Positions 11,601 through 21,163 are shown, counted from the stretch's first letter. The stretch: 64,000 nucleotides of DNA from Rhodothermales bacterium (GCA_965208025.1 OZ242302.1:656727-720726), one strand, 5' to 3'. Notes: generated from the letters alone by a model not told the origin. Numbers and translations: made by a program.

Positions 11601-11888
11601 AGTATTCTCTTGACGGATCGCTTTAGGCAATTACAGGTTGCACGGCCTTATGGCAAGCCATCTCTTCTTGCGCGTCTGGCAGTTCGAGAGCGATTGCGGC
11701 CGATGTGGACCACAACATTGACAAGTAGCGTGGCAATGCTACCCCTGATGGTCTTCCCGAATCATGATGATTTCTGGGTTGGGCTGGCTGTCACGGTTAC
11801 CGCGGGACTTCTATCTTCTACTCTGTTAGCACCTCTGGCATCAGTTGCCATGCTATCACTCTTCAAGCCCAAGAGCGCCTTGAAATAG
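8655..11888 (+). CDS. Second, divergently transcribed RND-family permease
   Basis: 1077 aa. It starts LLKRPIAVLSWSIAILLAG and has VDNSVVVVEQL and AVNDSILLTDRF motifs in the positions expected for AcrB-superfamily TM4/TM10. Confidence 0.88.
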   Translation: MLNKGVSGLLKRPIAVLSWSIAILLAGIWAALDIPIEYSPNTELPRVRISASWPGASPRQVERYVTAPIEREIQIVPGISEINSLSSEGHSHIQIQVDPEIDLSTFSTQIGENLTLLRDRLPENVSPRLTKEIPEVFRDVQGFMTLRLIGPYKPDSLRKIADELLKPKFESLPGIDLVEVTGGSERELLIALEPDRLDAYGIEYGDVIWKIGSALRDHVFGRLDAHGRGHLMINKPELDLNRLSSIIVSQSTSGELPIRLDDVASLKLGQAPQQSIRRIDGHNAVALDLERTRGSHILDVAEATYDRIHEIQSSLPENTRLLVVLDRTEDVRELLDDLTLRGGIGLLLVILVLVFMLKSVRATIIVLFSVSVALAPALALFRFFDLSLNIITLAGLVLVFGLLVDNSVVVVEQLLMQQNKLRGRGMSQLELYTARTLEAMRAVWLPLLGGTLSTMAVMLPLVYLSGDLRDLFLPFGVLVSLTLLISLISAVTFVPVVVRFLPSKIEKPQWTWLRRSIAVPYALVVRFPKIALLVLILILGTPLWKLPAEINQPREGWSGEIQERFAHMYNVSVGSIFVQDVREYLDPLTGGVLRPFFRNVSFYKPWSYPERQSIYVRLGFPKGNTIERSDSLIATFEQTALAEESVYQTDVRISEGVALLNIEFKKGSLKTPGPHILQRKLVGQAILLGGMSVSVGEIIPQTGYYSGGGSGMSGASVRFYGPNYEDLDALVHRFGESISRQSRRVHSIDYNATRNTWIQNQARQILQFDWTADATARTGVQAYWLNHRLRPYFNTTHPRWRADIAGDSRVPIRLIINEASTLDIDRIIQRPLIVNDSSMFRLAGLADYKIVEMAAEIERENQQYVRRINVDYRGPFKMRTEFMERAVDSFSIPPGYQVETGYSFFFTEETKRAFGWVFGATILLVFLVTASIFESWRLPLVVMLSVPLAAVGVCIGFLFTGVSFVEGAFIGMVLLIGIAVNDSILLTDRFRQLQVARPYGKPSLLARLAVRERLRPMWTTTLTSSVAMLPLMVFPNHDDFWVGLAVTVTAGLLSSTLLAPLASVAMLSLFKPKSALK

Positions 11889-12097
11889 CTGATCTGATAT
11901 GGATGTCTCAAGGAGCCCTCTCCTTTGCGGGTTAATGGAGTTGTAAGTCAATAAGCACTCAGGAGAAAATGGGACCTTCGTTCAAATATAGAAAAAGTAT
12001 CTTTCCAATCAAAAACTCTACTGATGAACTTTGATCATCCCCAACGCTCAAACAAGGGAGATCATGAGAACCCGCAAGATGACTGAATCCTATCTAA

Positions 12098-13477
12098 TCA
12101 ACTAGTATAGATTGAACGATCGGAATTTTCCATTTTATGATATTTCTGAGCAATCTTCAGTGCCATTTCAAGAGATTGGCTCACGTTTAAGCGAGGATCA
12201 ACCGTAGAGTGGTAGCGCAAATTAAGGTCTTCTTCCCCTACCCCACTGACACCTCCGATACATTCAGTTACATCTTCACCTGTCAATTCAAAATGAACCC
12301 CGCCTAAAATGGTCTTCATCCGTAGATGTATGTCAATGACCGCTTCCAACTCAGCCAAAATACTGGAGAATTTCCGCGTCTTTATCCCATTGGATGAAGT
12401 TTCTGTATTCCCATGCATCGGATCACAGCACCATAACACATTGATTCCCCCCCGTTGGATTGCTTCAATCAGGGGAGGCAAGAAATTTTCAACCTTATCA
12501 ATTCCCATTCGAGTAATGATGGTCAGTCGTCCAGAATCGTTGAGGGGATTCAGAATGCGAACGAGCGGCAACAAGTCACTTGGAGCGATGTCAGAACTGA
12601 CTTTTATCCCAATAGGATTACGGATCCCGCGCATATACTCAATATGAGCACTATCGTCAAAAAGTGTTCGTTTCCCGATCCATGGTAAATGAGTGGAAGA
12701 GTTATACATTGCATTGGAATGGACAACCTCTCTGGTGAATGCTTCCTCATAGGGTAGATGGAGCGCTTCGTGGCTCGTATAGAAGGTCACTCTCCCAAGT
12801 TCACCAATTGGATGATCCGTCACGGTTTTAGCGAAATCAAGCGCCTCTCGAATTTTATGAATTATTTCCTGATACCTTTTCACCGATGAACTTTGTTGCG
12901 CAAAGCCGAGGCTCCAGTTTGCCGCATTATGCAGATCTGAAAACCCGGCATCTGCCAATGCACGGACTAAATTGAGTTGAGCAGTAGAACAATAATAGGA
13001 CTGTATGAGACGCTGCGGATCAGGAATTCGAGACTCGGCAGTAAATTCGGGCGCATTGATACTATCTCCACGATAGGAAGGAAGAGATACTCCATCTCGA
13101 GATTCAAATGGATCACTTCTCGGTTTTGCATATTGTCCAGCAAAGCGTCCGACTCGTACAACTGGCATTTGGAGTCCATAAATCAAAACGACGCTCATCT
13201 GAAGTAAGATCTTCAGCCGGTTCTTGATGAAAACCACGTTACAATCATCAAAGCTCTCTGCACAATCTCCACCTTGTAAGAGAAATCTACGTCCGGCCGC
13301 GGCTTCCGCGAGTTGCGTTCGTAAAGCTTCAATCTCCCAAGAAGTAACCAGAGGGGGAAGTGTTTTGAGTTGGTTGAGGATTGATTCAAGATGTGCTTTA
13401 TCCTCGTAAGAGACCTGCTGAACTGCTTTTTTCTTACGCCAAGACCCAGGAGTCCAATCGGAAACTGAGTTTCCCAT
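12098..13477 (-). CDS. 3-deoxy-7-phosphoheptulonate (DAHP) synthase, class II
   Basis: 459 aa. WTPGSWRKKKAVQQVSYED...LPPLVTSWEIEALRTQLAEAAAGRRFLLQGGDCAESF is the hallmark N-terminus of the plant-type class II enzymes. Confidence 0.9.
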   Translation of the reverse strand: MGNSVSDWTPGSWRKKKAVQQVSYEDKAHLESILNQLKTLPPLVTSWEIEALRTQLAEAAAGRRFLLQGGDCAESFDDCNVVFIKNRLKILLQMSVVLIYGLQMPVVRVGRFAGQYAKPRSDPFESRDGVSLPSYRGDSINAPEFTAESRIPDPQRLIQSYYCSTAQLNLVRALADAGFSDLHNAANWSLGFAQQSSSVKRYQEIIHKIREALDFAKTVTDHPIGELGRVTFYTSHEALHLPYEEAFTREVVHSNAMYNSSTHLPWIGKRTLFDDSAHIEYMRGIRNPIGIKVSSDIAPSDLLPLVRILNPLNDSGRLTIITRMGIDKVENFLPPLIEAIQRGGINVLWCCDPMHGNTETSSNGIKTRKFSSILAELEAVIDIHLRMKTILGGVHFELTGEDVTECIGGVSGVGEEDLNLRYHSTVDPRLNVSQSLEMALKIAQKYHKMENSDRSIYTS

Positions 13478-13600
13478 TTCTAAATTGATTATTTAAGAAT
13501 ACCATCCAACGAATACGCCTCTATCAACGTTTCTGTGAGCGAATTCATTATGTATTTTGAACAGTGGGTATTCAGAGCATTGTCTGGTTTGGGAACTCCA

Positions 13601-13963
13601 TTACTGAATGCGAACGTTACGGTGTCGCGCGCGCATTCGCTCACGTTGCTCACGGATTTGTCGCTCAACCGCTTCCAGAGCTTCACTCACCGCAGAACGG
13701 ACAGAATCCTGAGTGCAGGTGGCTGCAATATTTGCTGGCTTACAATATACGACCATGCGCGCTCGGTACTCAGCCCGCTTGTTGGCACCACTCACACACT
13801 CCAAAGCAACCGAGGCCCCAGATATATCTCGATGACCTTGAGCTAATTTATGTAGTCTAGCTTCAATGGTTTTTTTTTCGCGCTGAGCAAGTGTTGCATT
13901 CTCAACATAGTATTCAATAGCGAACTTGGGCGATTGGGAGTGATTGTCTGTAAAGGAAGCCAT
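13601..13963 (-). CDS. Ribosome hibernation factor HPF/RaiA-family protein
   Basis: I trimmed the 151-aa track ORF to the internal MASFTDN start, because the longer form overlaps the upstream carboxypeptidase. The trimmed sequence has a beta-alpha-beta-beta-beta-alpha-like pattern (IEYYVENATL...IEARLHKL...ASVALE...YRARMVVY...DSVRSAVSEALEAVERQIREQRE). Confidence 0.55.
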   Translation of the reverse strand: MASFTDNHSQSPKFAIEYYVENATLAQREKKTIEARLHKLAQGHRDISGASVALECVSGANKRAEYRARMVVYCKPANIAATCTQDSVRSAVSEALEAVERQIREQRERMRARHRNVRIQ

Positions 13964-13991
13964 GTAATTGGTTTGATGATTTAAGTATAAT

Positions 13992-15506
13992 CTAAGGTAA
14001 ATCTCCATAAATTGGACAATATTTTTCACGTACATAATCCAGCCAAGGACCTGCACTCACCGAACCCATTGTCAGCCATTCAATGATTTCATTTGCGGAC
14101 AGCCTGCGTCCCCAGTGATAGATATTCGTCTGTAACCATTCACGGAGGAGGGTAAACTCTCCTCTTGCAATCTGCCCGTCTAGATCCTTGAGTGTAGACT
14201 TTGCACATGCAAAAATTTGGGCAGACATCAGGTTCCCAAGTGTGTAGGTGGGAAAATATCCAATTGCACCAAGGGCCCAATGGATGTCCTGAAGAGCTCC
14301 GTCGGTATCACTCTTTGGCTGTATACCCAGAAACTCTTCCATCTTATCGTTCCACAGCTCAGGCAGCTCCCGAACTGTTATTTTTTCCTCAATGAGCATG
14401 AGTTCCAACTCAAATCTTAGCATAATATGCAAATTGTACGTCACTTCATCTGCCTCAACCCGAATCGCGGATGGTCTGACACGATTGATTGCACGGTAGA
14501 ATGCTTGTAATGAAACCCCTCCTAACTGCCTCTGGAATTGCCGTTGCAGATCACCATAGTAACGCGTCCAAAATGCTTCACTTCGCCCGACCTGATTTTC
14601 CCAGAGTCTGGACTGTGATTCATGGATTCCCAGTGATGTGCCTTGGGCTAAAAAAGTCCCCTCAAGTTTTGAATCAATTCCTTGTTCATACATGCCATGC
14701 CCTGCTTCATGGAGAGAACTGAAGAGACCGGAAATCACGTTATGTTCATGAATTCTGGTCGTTAAACGTACGTCATTTGTAGAGAATGCGGTACTAAATG
14801 GGTGAGCAGATCTATCTTGGCGTCCACGTTGAAAATCAAATCCAATCTCATGGAGAATCTGCATGCCAAACTCCCACTGATCATTCTTATCATAGGACTG
14901 GTTAAGAAAGGAATCATCAGGTTGGCGAGATCCTTTGATCATCCGTACGATCTGCTTCAATGCCTGACGTAAATCCCCGAAGATTGACCTCACCTGAGCC
15001 GTGGTAAACTCTGGTTCATATTCATCCAGTAGTGCATCATATGGATGTTCTTCGTACCCAATTGCTTCTGCTTTCTCAATACAGAGTCCCACAATTCGTT
15101 CAAGATCATCCGCAAAGTGGCTAAAATTATTTTCACTGTATGCCCTTAGCCAAGAGCCTTTAGCCATGGATGTCGTTTGGGCAATCTTACCCACTAACTC
15201 GGGAGACAATTTGCGGGCACGTGAATAATCTCGTTTGGTGACTCGTACCAAACTTGTCTGGAATCGCATGGGATCCCCCACCGCTTCTTGCAGATTTTCT
15301 AATAACTCCCCCGTGCGATCGCGAATAAAGATCTCATGTGACGTTGCATAAAGTGTTGCAACTTGGCGAGCCCTTGACTCCATTGCCTTTTCAGGCATAT
15401 AGGTCTCTTGATCCCATTCCAACAATGAAGCAGCCGCACGAAGATCACATACCGTGTGTACAATTTTTAGTAATTCCTCAAATTCAGATCCGCACTTTGA
15501 ATTCAT
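13992..15506 (-). CDS. Carboxypeptidase Taq-type M32 metallopeptidase
   Basis: 504 aa with the HEAGHGMYEQG zinc motif and the HPF..........DVRLTTR, HESQSRLWEN and IRVEADEVTYNLHI blocks. Confidence 0.9.
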   Translation of the reverse strand: MNSKCGSEFEELLKIVHTVCDLRAAASLLEWDQETYMPEKAMESRARQVATLYATSHEIFIRDRTGELLENLQEAVGDPMRFQTSLVRVTKRDYSRARKLSPELVGKIAQTTSMAKGSWLRAYSENNFSHFADDLERIVGLCIEKAEAIGYEEHPYDALLDEYEPEFTTAQVRSIFGDLRQALKQIVRMIKGSRQPDDSFLNQSYDKNDQWEFGMQILHEIGFDFQRGRQDRSAHPFSTAFSTNDVRLTTRIHEHNVISGLFSSLHEAGHGMYEQGIDSKLEGTFLAQGTSLGIHESQSRLWENQVGRSEAFWTRYYGDLQRQFQRQLGGVSLQAFYRAINRVRPSAIRVEADEVTYNLHIMLRFELELMLIEEKITVRELPELWNDKMEEFLGIQPKSDTDGALQDIHWALGAIGYFPTYTLGNLMSAQIFACAKSTLKDLDGQIARGEFTLLREWLQTNIYHWGRRLSANEIIEWLTMGSVSAGPWLDYVREKYCPIYGDLP

Positions 15507-15733
15507 AAAAATAATATTTACAAGATCACAGAATATTCAATGATGATACAATCTGAATGGATCCCAACGACTGCAAATGTTCTTGCTTCAGTGGAAAGAT
15601 TCAAATTAACCTGGAACCAATAGGTCTGGGGACACCTACCAAAACTTGAGTTAACGTACTTAGGCAAGATTAGGTGAGAGGCATTCTGAAATTCAGAAAC
15701 CACTACACTTACTACGCGTGAAATGAGCATTTC

Positions 15734-15809
15734 GCCAACGTAGCTCAGTTGGTAGAGCAGCTCACTCGTAATGAGCAGGTCGCCGGTTCAAGTCCGGCCG
15801 TTGGCTCCA
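15734..15809 (+). tRNA. tRNA-Thr (anticodon CGT), CCA encoded
   Basis: Folded by hand as a cloverleaf: acceptor GCCAACG/CGTTGGC, D arm GCTC-AGTTGGTA-GAGC, anticodon arm GCTCA-CTCGTAA-TGAGC, T arm GCCGG-TTCAAGT-CCGGC, then T-CCA. Confidence 0.9.
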
Positions 15810-16093
15810 TTTCCGTGAAAAATTTGCAAACACATCTGACAATAGGGTGTGACATACAAATCGTATTGTAATATCTTCGCTTTTTATTGGGAGTTTTCAT
15901 CTATAGCTCTACGAACATCTCTATTGCCTTGCGCTGCTCTGGGGAGAGGGTTGATAATCTTACTGACATTTTTTTGATTCTACTCTCGGAAGTGGAAGCC
16001 ATAGCCTTTTAGGTACTTTTCCCTTTACATGATCACTGAACCACTTCTTTTGATTTAAATTGATCATAAAACGTTCACTTCTGGGATTGCACT

Positions 16094-17131
16094 ATGATAG
16101 AACTTCCTGCAGTTAATAAATGGAATCCTGAGGGGCTAACGATCCGCTGTATAGATGCGCATACGGAGGGAGAGCCCCTGCGAGTGATTATTGGAGGATT
16201 TCCTCAACTTTCTGGCTCGACTATCTTAACTCAACGACGCGAGCTGGAAACTTATCACGATGCGCTTCGGACTGCCCTCATGTGGGAGCCGCGAGGGCAT
16301 GGTGATATGTATGGTTGTCTCATCACTGAACCAGTAACCGAGAACGCCGATTTTGGGGTGCTCTTCATGCACAATGATGGGTACAGCACGATGTGCGGTC
16401 ATGGAATTATAGCTGTGACCAAGGTGGCAATTGAAGTTGGCATGATTCCAATGACTGAGCCATGTACTAAAGTTTCTATTGATACGCCGGCAGGACTCGT
16501 TACCGCAATGGCACGGATTGAAAATAGTTGCGTACAGTCGGTTAAGTTTCGTAACGTTCCATCCTACGCATACGCGCTAGATCAATTGATCCACATTCCC
16601 GAGATAGGGCATGTGAACTATGATATTGGCTTTGGAGGTGCATACTATGCGTACGTTCAGGCCAGTGAAGTCGGAGTTGAAACTAAGCCCTCTCACTATT
16701 CAGAATTAATTCGTTTGGGTAAAAGGATAAAGCAGTCAATTGCGGAGAATACGACCATTACCCATCCAGATCAATCGGATCTGGGATTTCTTTATGGTAC
16801 AATATTTATTGGGCCTTCTGAATCACCAGACGCTCATAGTCGTCATGTCTGTGTGTTTGCAGATGGACAGGTTGACCGAAGCCCTACGGGAACCGGTGTG
16901 AGTGGTAGGCTTGCCTTGTTGCATGCCAAGGGGTTGCTCGGGTGCGGGGAGCCAATACGAATTGAAAGCATCATTGGAAGCGCTTTCAAGGGAATCGTTA
17001 TAGATGAAATAAATTTTAGCCCTTACGATGCCATTGTTCCCGAAATTGAAGGCACCGCATTTATCACAGGCCAGCATACATTTATTCTGGATCCGAATGA
17101 TCCGTTACGAGATGGATTTCTCCTTCGCTAA
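16094..17131 (+). CDS. Proline-racemase-superfamily enzyme, predicted trans-3-hydroxy-L-proline dehydratase (Cys/Thr type)
   Basis: 345 aa. The first catalytic site is STMCGHG (Cys retained) and the second is DRSPTGTG (Thr in place of the racemase/epimerase Cys). Confidence 0.8.
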   Translation: MIELPAVNKWNPEGLTIRCIDAHTEGEPLRVIIGGFPQLSGSTILTQRRELETYHDALRTALMWEPRGHGDMYGCLITEPVTENADFGVLFMHNDGYSTMCGHGIIAVTKVAIEVGMIPMTEPCTKVSIDTPAGLVTAMARIENSCVQSVKFRNVPSYAYALDQLIHIPEIGHVNYDIGFGGAYYAYVQASEVGVETKPSHYSELIRLGKRIKQSIAENTTITHPDQSDLGFLYGTIFIGPSESPDAHSRHVCVFADGQVDRSPTGTGVSGRLALLHAKGLLGCGEPIRIESIIGSAFKGIVIDEINFSPYDAIVPEIEGTAFITGQHTFILDPNDPLRDGFLLR

Positions 17132-17137
17132 TTTTCC

Positions 17138-18124
17138 ATGAGCCACATACGAATCATCTCTGGTTTAGAAATTTCCCGGATCATCAAAATGTCCGATGCA
17201 ATTCAACTGATGCGGGAGGCATTCATTGCTATTTCTTCTGGACGAGCCAGTATTCCCATTCGGATGCACCTGCCTCACGGAGATGAAGGCGGAAGTTCTA
17301 CACTATTGATGCCTGTTTATTCAGAAGATCATGCTCAGATTGTCGTAAAACTTGTCAATCTCAACCCAAACAACTCAGAACATGGGCTCCCCTTAATTCA
17401 TTCCCTCGTTGTGTTGAGCGATGCGAAAACAGGTGCTCCTCTGGCGGTCATGAATGGTGAATCAATTACATCTCTTCGGACTGGTGCAGGAGCTGGGCTG
17501 GCTACCGAATTTCTTTCGCGACCTGATTCATCCGTCCTTGCAATCTTCGGAGCTGGAACTCAGGCATACACACAAGTTGATGCGATCTGTGCAATCCGTC
17601 CCATCACTCAAATTATCGTCTTTGGACGTTCATCAGATTCTTCGGATACCTTTGCCAAAAAAGTATCGGATCATCGTAATATTCCTGCGGTTAAGGCGAA
17701 GAGACCTGAGGAACTGGCGGAAGCAGATATCGTATGTACCGCCACAACATCTATGACCCCTGTCTTTTCCGCCAGACATCTTGCACCTGGGACACATATT
17801 AATGGAATCGGCTCTTATCGCCCTGAAATGGTCGAAATCCCTCCCGATGTGGTTGCAACTGCAAAGGTCGTCGTTGACCAAAGAGAAGCGTGTCTGAAAG
17901 AAACTGGAGATCTTGTTCAGCCGATTCGGCGAGGGGATTTTGACGAATCACATATTCATGCTGAACTCGGTGAAATCCTCTTGGGGAGCACTTCAGGTCG
18001 TACCAGTGATTCGGAAATTACTTTTTTTAAGTCGGTCGGCAATGCGATTCAGGATCTGGTGGTCGCTCACTTCATTGAGAAGCTTGCTAAGGAGATGGGC
18101 GTTGGCAAAAATATAACCATATAA
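17138..18124 (+). CDS. Ornithine cyclodeaminase/mu-crystallin family oxidoreductase, likely Delta1-pyrroline-2-carboxylate reductase
   Basis: 328 aa with a Rossmann motif (LAIFGAGTQAYTQV). It starts 6 nt after the upstream dehydratase. Confidence 0.8.
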   Translation: MSHIRIISGLEISRIIKMSDAIQLMREAFIAISSGRASIPIRMHLPHGDEGGSSTLLMPVYSEDHAQIVVKLVNLNPNNSEHGLPLIHSLVVLSDAKTGAPLAVMNGESITSLRTGAGAGLATEFLSRPDSSVLAIFGAGTQAYTQVDAICAIRPITQIIVFGRSSDSSDTFAKKVSDHRNIPAVKAKRPEELAEADIVCTATTSMTPVFSARHLAPGTHINGIGSYRPEMVEIPPDVVATAKVVVDQREACLKETGDLVQPIRRGDFDESHIHAELGEILLGSTSGRTSDSEITFFKSVGNAIQDLVVAHFIEKLAKEMGVGKNITI

Positions 18125-18277
18125 CCGTACATGATCTTTTGATCAAGCCGCGGTGACATAATCAATCCAGGAAAAGGCTCATGCATATTCACGCGGCAAC
18201 AGGGACGAGTGGACGCCAAGCAGAAGCTTGAGCAATCCCGTGGAGATAATACTTCCAATAGAGCTTTCACCTGCAGG

Positions 18278-18625
18278 TTAAGATCCTAACTTATTGATGC
18301 GTATGACCGACACAGGTGTACCCCACATCACCGTCGTGATCACATTTGACTCCTGTTTGAGAACAAACTCCACACGGATTCCATCGGATTGCAACTCTCG
18401 GTCAAGCGGATTCAATGGATAATATTTGGCACCTGACAGTGCTTGAATACCAAAAAATCCGCCCTCAAAATCATTCCAAATAATCGTCCCCTCCCCTCGA
18501 ATCTCATCTGTGTTCATGATTTCGTTATGATTAACAATTTCTGGTTCATGATCTTCATGCGATTGCATCGTTTGACAGGATATTCCTACCAAGGTGACCA
18601 CAATGAATAACAAGCGTCTCATCAA
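18278..18625 (-). CDS. Small lipoprotein of unknown function
   Basis: 115 aa with a lipobox (LVGISC). Its start overlaps the mnmA stop by 4 nt. Confidence 0.55.
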   Translation of the reverse strand: MMRRLLFIVVTLVGISCQTMQSHEDHEPEIVNHNEIMNTDEIRGEGTIIWNDFEGGFFGIQALSGAKYYPLNPLDRELQSDGIRVEFVLKQESNVITTVMWGTPVSVIRINKLGS

Positions 18626-19752
18626 GGCAAGTGTTGAGAAGGCTTGCTCTTTCCTGAATACACATGCTGAATCCAGCCACCAGCCAAAATATCCTCTCCT
18701 TCATAGACCACAACAGACTGACCTGGAGTAATTGCACTTCGTTGATCGATGAAGGATACTTGAAGTTCTCCCTCATCAGTCTGATGTACCATACATGGAG
18801 CCCCTGGATCCTTGTAACGTATCTTTGCAGTTGCGAGTTGTTCATTAAATAAATTTGGGTACTTAACCAGATTGATCTTATCTGCGACCAATGTCTGTTT
18901 AAGAAGCTCTTCGCGCGGGCCTACTGTAATCGTATTCGTTTCCGGGTTGATTTCTGATACATATGCAGGATATCCAAGTGCGAGATTCAAACCATGTCGC
19001 TGTCCAATTGTATAGAAAGGATATCCATTATGTTGTCCAACTTTGGTCCCATCCTTGAGAATGATTGGACCATTTCCGACCTCCTCATTTAATTGAGGAA
19101 CTTGATCACGCAGGAATCTACGATAATCGTTATCTGGAATGAAACAGATCTCGTAGGAATCTGGCTTCTGTGCAACCGAAGTGAGGCCGAACTTGGATGC
19201 CATGTCTCGAATCTGAGGCTTTTCGTAGTGACCAAGAGGAAAGATTGTGCGAGCGAGGTGCTCTTGGGGAAGCCCCCAAAGGGCATAGCTCTGATCTTTA
19301 TTCAGATCCAGTCCCTGAGAGATGATGAATCGTCCATTCTCGTTACGAACCTGGGCATAATGTCCCGTTGCTATGTACGGACAATCAAGGTCATCTGCAC
19401 GGCGCAGGAGGGCATTCCATTTGATGTGGGTATTGCATAGTACACAGGGATTTGGGGTCCTGCCCGCCATGTACTCATCGGTAAACCGCTCAATCACCCA
19501 GTCCCCAAACTCCTTCCTGATGTCTACGATGAAATGCGTAAAATCATGCGCTAACGCAACCTGTCGAGCATCATTCATGGATTCCAATGTACAGCAACCT
19601 ACTTCTTTGCCAGCTTTTTTGGGTGCACTTTGACTGTAATCCCATGTTTTCATGGTAATACCAATTACCTCATACCCCTGCCGATGAAGAAGAACGGCGG
19701 CAACAGAGGAGTCAACCCCACCGCTCATGGCAACAAGTACTTTGGGTTTCAT
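18622..19752 (-). CDS. mnmA: tRNA 2-thiouridine(34) synthase MnmA
   Basis: PP-loop VLVAMSGGVDSSVAA, plus the CCTLESMNDARQVA and PNPCVLCN motifs. I trimmed the track ORF to MKPKV (19752), because the longer form overlaps the upstream SDR gene. Confidence 0.92.
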   Translation of the reverse strand: MKPKVLVAMSGGVDSSVAAVLLHRQGYEVIGITMKTWDYSQSAPKKAGKEVGCCTLESMNDARQVALAHDFTHFIVDIRKEFGDWVIERFTDEYMAGRTPNPCVLCNTHIKWNALLRRADDLDCPYIATGHYAQVRNENGRFIISQGLDLNKDQSYALWGLPQEHLARTIFPLGHYEKPQIRDMASKFGLTSVAQKPDSYEICFIPDNDYRRFLRDQVPQLNEEVGNGPIILKDGTKVGQHNGYPFYTIGQRHGLNLALGYPAYVSEINPETNTITVGPREELLKQTLVADKINLVKYPNLFNEQLATAKIRYKDPGAPCMVHQTDEGELQVSFIDQRSAITPGQSVVVYEGEDILAGGWIQHVYSGKSKPSQHLP

Positions 19753-19753
19753 T

Positions 19754-20626
19754 TCACAAGATATGCTTGGAGTAACCGCCATCAATCGGGAATGCGATCC
19801 CCGTGATAAAACCAGCCTGTTTGCTTGCGAGAAAAGTAGCAGCAGAAGCAAATTCCCAAGGTTCGGCCAAACGGTTTAAAGAAGCCTGCGAACCCCATCC
19901 AGACTCAACTTCCTCTTTCGTCTTGCCTTCCTGCTTCATGAGATATTCAACTAAATGCTGCAGACGCTCGGTTCTTGTAAAGCCTGGCAAAAGTGTATTC
20001 ACCGTAATCCCTTCTTTTCCTACTTCGTCGGACAGCGTCTTCGCAAATCCCTGAACTCCGGCCCTTGAAGTATTTGAGAGATAAAGAGAACCAATTGGCT
20101 GCTTTGCAGCAATGGAAGTGAGGATTAGAATTCGAGCATGTTGATCTTTCTGAGCAGCTTCGCGAAGGAATGGTAGTGCATAGCGGCAGAGATTGATGGT
20201 GCTAATTAAATTCAACTCTAACCCCTCTCGCCAATCCTCTTCACTGAAATCATCAATGAGCCCCGTCTTCGGCCCCCCTGCATTGGCAAATAAGATATGT
20301 AGGTGACCAAACTTTTCAACACTTTTCTGGATGGCATGACGAACGTCAGATTTCTTGGTTACATCACATACAATGGGATATATTTTTGCAGGATCGGCCC
20401 AATCCTGTTTCAAGATTGATTCCGCAGCCTGAGTGATCCTCTCCTGATCACGGGAGCAAATGGTGAGACTGCATCCCTCACGGGCCAAAGCAGTCGCAGT
20501 AGCCAACCCCAAGCCACTACTTGCGCCTGCAACGAATGCCGACTTTCCATCAAGTTCAAAGTCCATAACTTCAACGTTATAAGGGAGATTAACCTTATTA
20601 AACGCATAGGTACTGGTATGGCTCAA
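19754..20626 (-). CDS. Short-chain dehydrogenase/reductase (SDR) family oxidoreductase
   Basis: 290 aa with cofactor motif VAGASSGLGLATA, NAGG, and a catalytic S...Y...K-type region. Confidence 0.85.
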   Translation of the reverse strand: MSHTSTYAFNKVNLPYNVEVMDFELDGKSAFVAGASSGLGLATATALAREGCSLTICSRDQERITQAAESILKQDWADPAKIYPIVCDVTKKSDVRHAIQKSVEKFGHLHILFANAGGPKTGLIDDFSEEDWREGLELNLISTINLCRYALPFLREAAQKDQHARILILTSIAAKQPIGSLYLSNTSRAGVQGFAKTLSDEVGKEGITVNTLLPGFTRTERLQHLVEYLMKQEGKTKEEVESGWGSQASLNRLAEPWEFASAATFLASKQAGFITGIAFPIDGGYSKHIL

Positions 20627-20715
20627 TTATGATTGATTTGCAATTCGTTCGGATGATCAGTATTTTTAGAATGTCTATACCTAAACGCAAGGAGTAGAAA
20701 CCTGTACTCAAAATC

Positions 20716-21117
20716 ATGACCAAGCGTGCTTATGTGCAACACCGCACAGCGATCACTACCCCATTAGCTCCAGAGTCTATTGGGCCATACAATCAGGCTA
20801 TTCTCGTGGGTGACACACTTTACTGCTCTGGACAAATTGCGCTTGATCCAGATACCGAGCGAGTAGTTGAGGGGGGTATAGCTGAACAAACTGAACGCGC
20901 ATTGGAGAATCTTGGGATGGTCTTACGGGGGGCAGGAATGGGGTATGAAAACATTGTGCGGTGTACGATTTTCCTGCGTGATATGAATGATTACCCCCAC
21001 ATGAATGAAGTTTATTCTCGCTACTTCACTAAAATGCCACCGAGTCGAGAAGCTGCCGCAGTGAAAGGCCTTCCCCGCGGAGCATTGATTGAGATCTCCT
21101 GCATCGCAATTCGTTAG
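20716..21117 (+). CDS. ridA: RidA/YjgF-family reactive enamine-imine deaminase
   Basis: 133 aa. APESIGPYNQAILVGDTLYCSGQIALDP...VRCTIFLRDMNDY...PSREAAAVKGLPRGALIEI is the classic YjgF/RidA pattern. Confidence 0.9.
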   Translation: MTKRAYVQHRTAITTPLAPESIGPYNQAILVGDTLYCSGQIALDPDTERVVEGGIAEQTERALENLGMVLRGAGMGYENIVRCTIFLRDMNDYPHMNEVYSRYFTKMPPSREAAAVKGLPRGALIEISCIAIR

Positions 21118-21163
21118 TCAATCTCAGTTCCTATTGAGCCTGGGGCCCACGGATGTCAACGAT

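Noticed and set aside
13601-14056. The full 151-aa track ORF as the HPF-like gene.
   Set aside because: Its first 31 codons overlap the 3' end of the M32 carboxypeptidase gene and look non-coding. The internal MASFTDN start at 13963 gives a normal 120-aa HPF-size protein.
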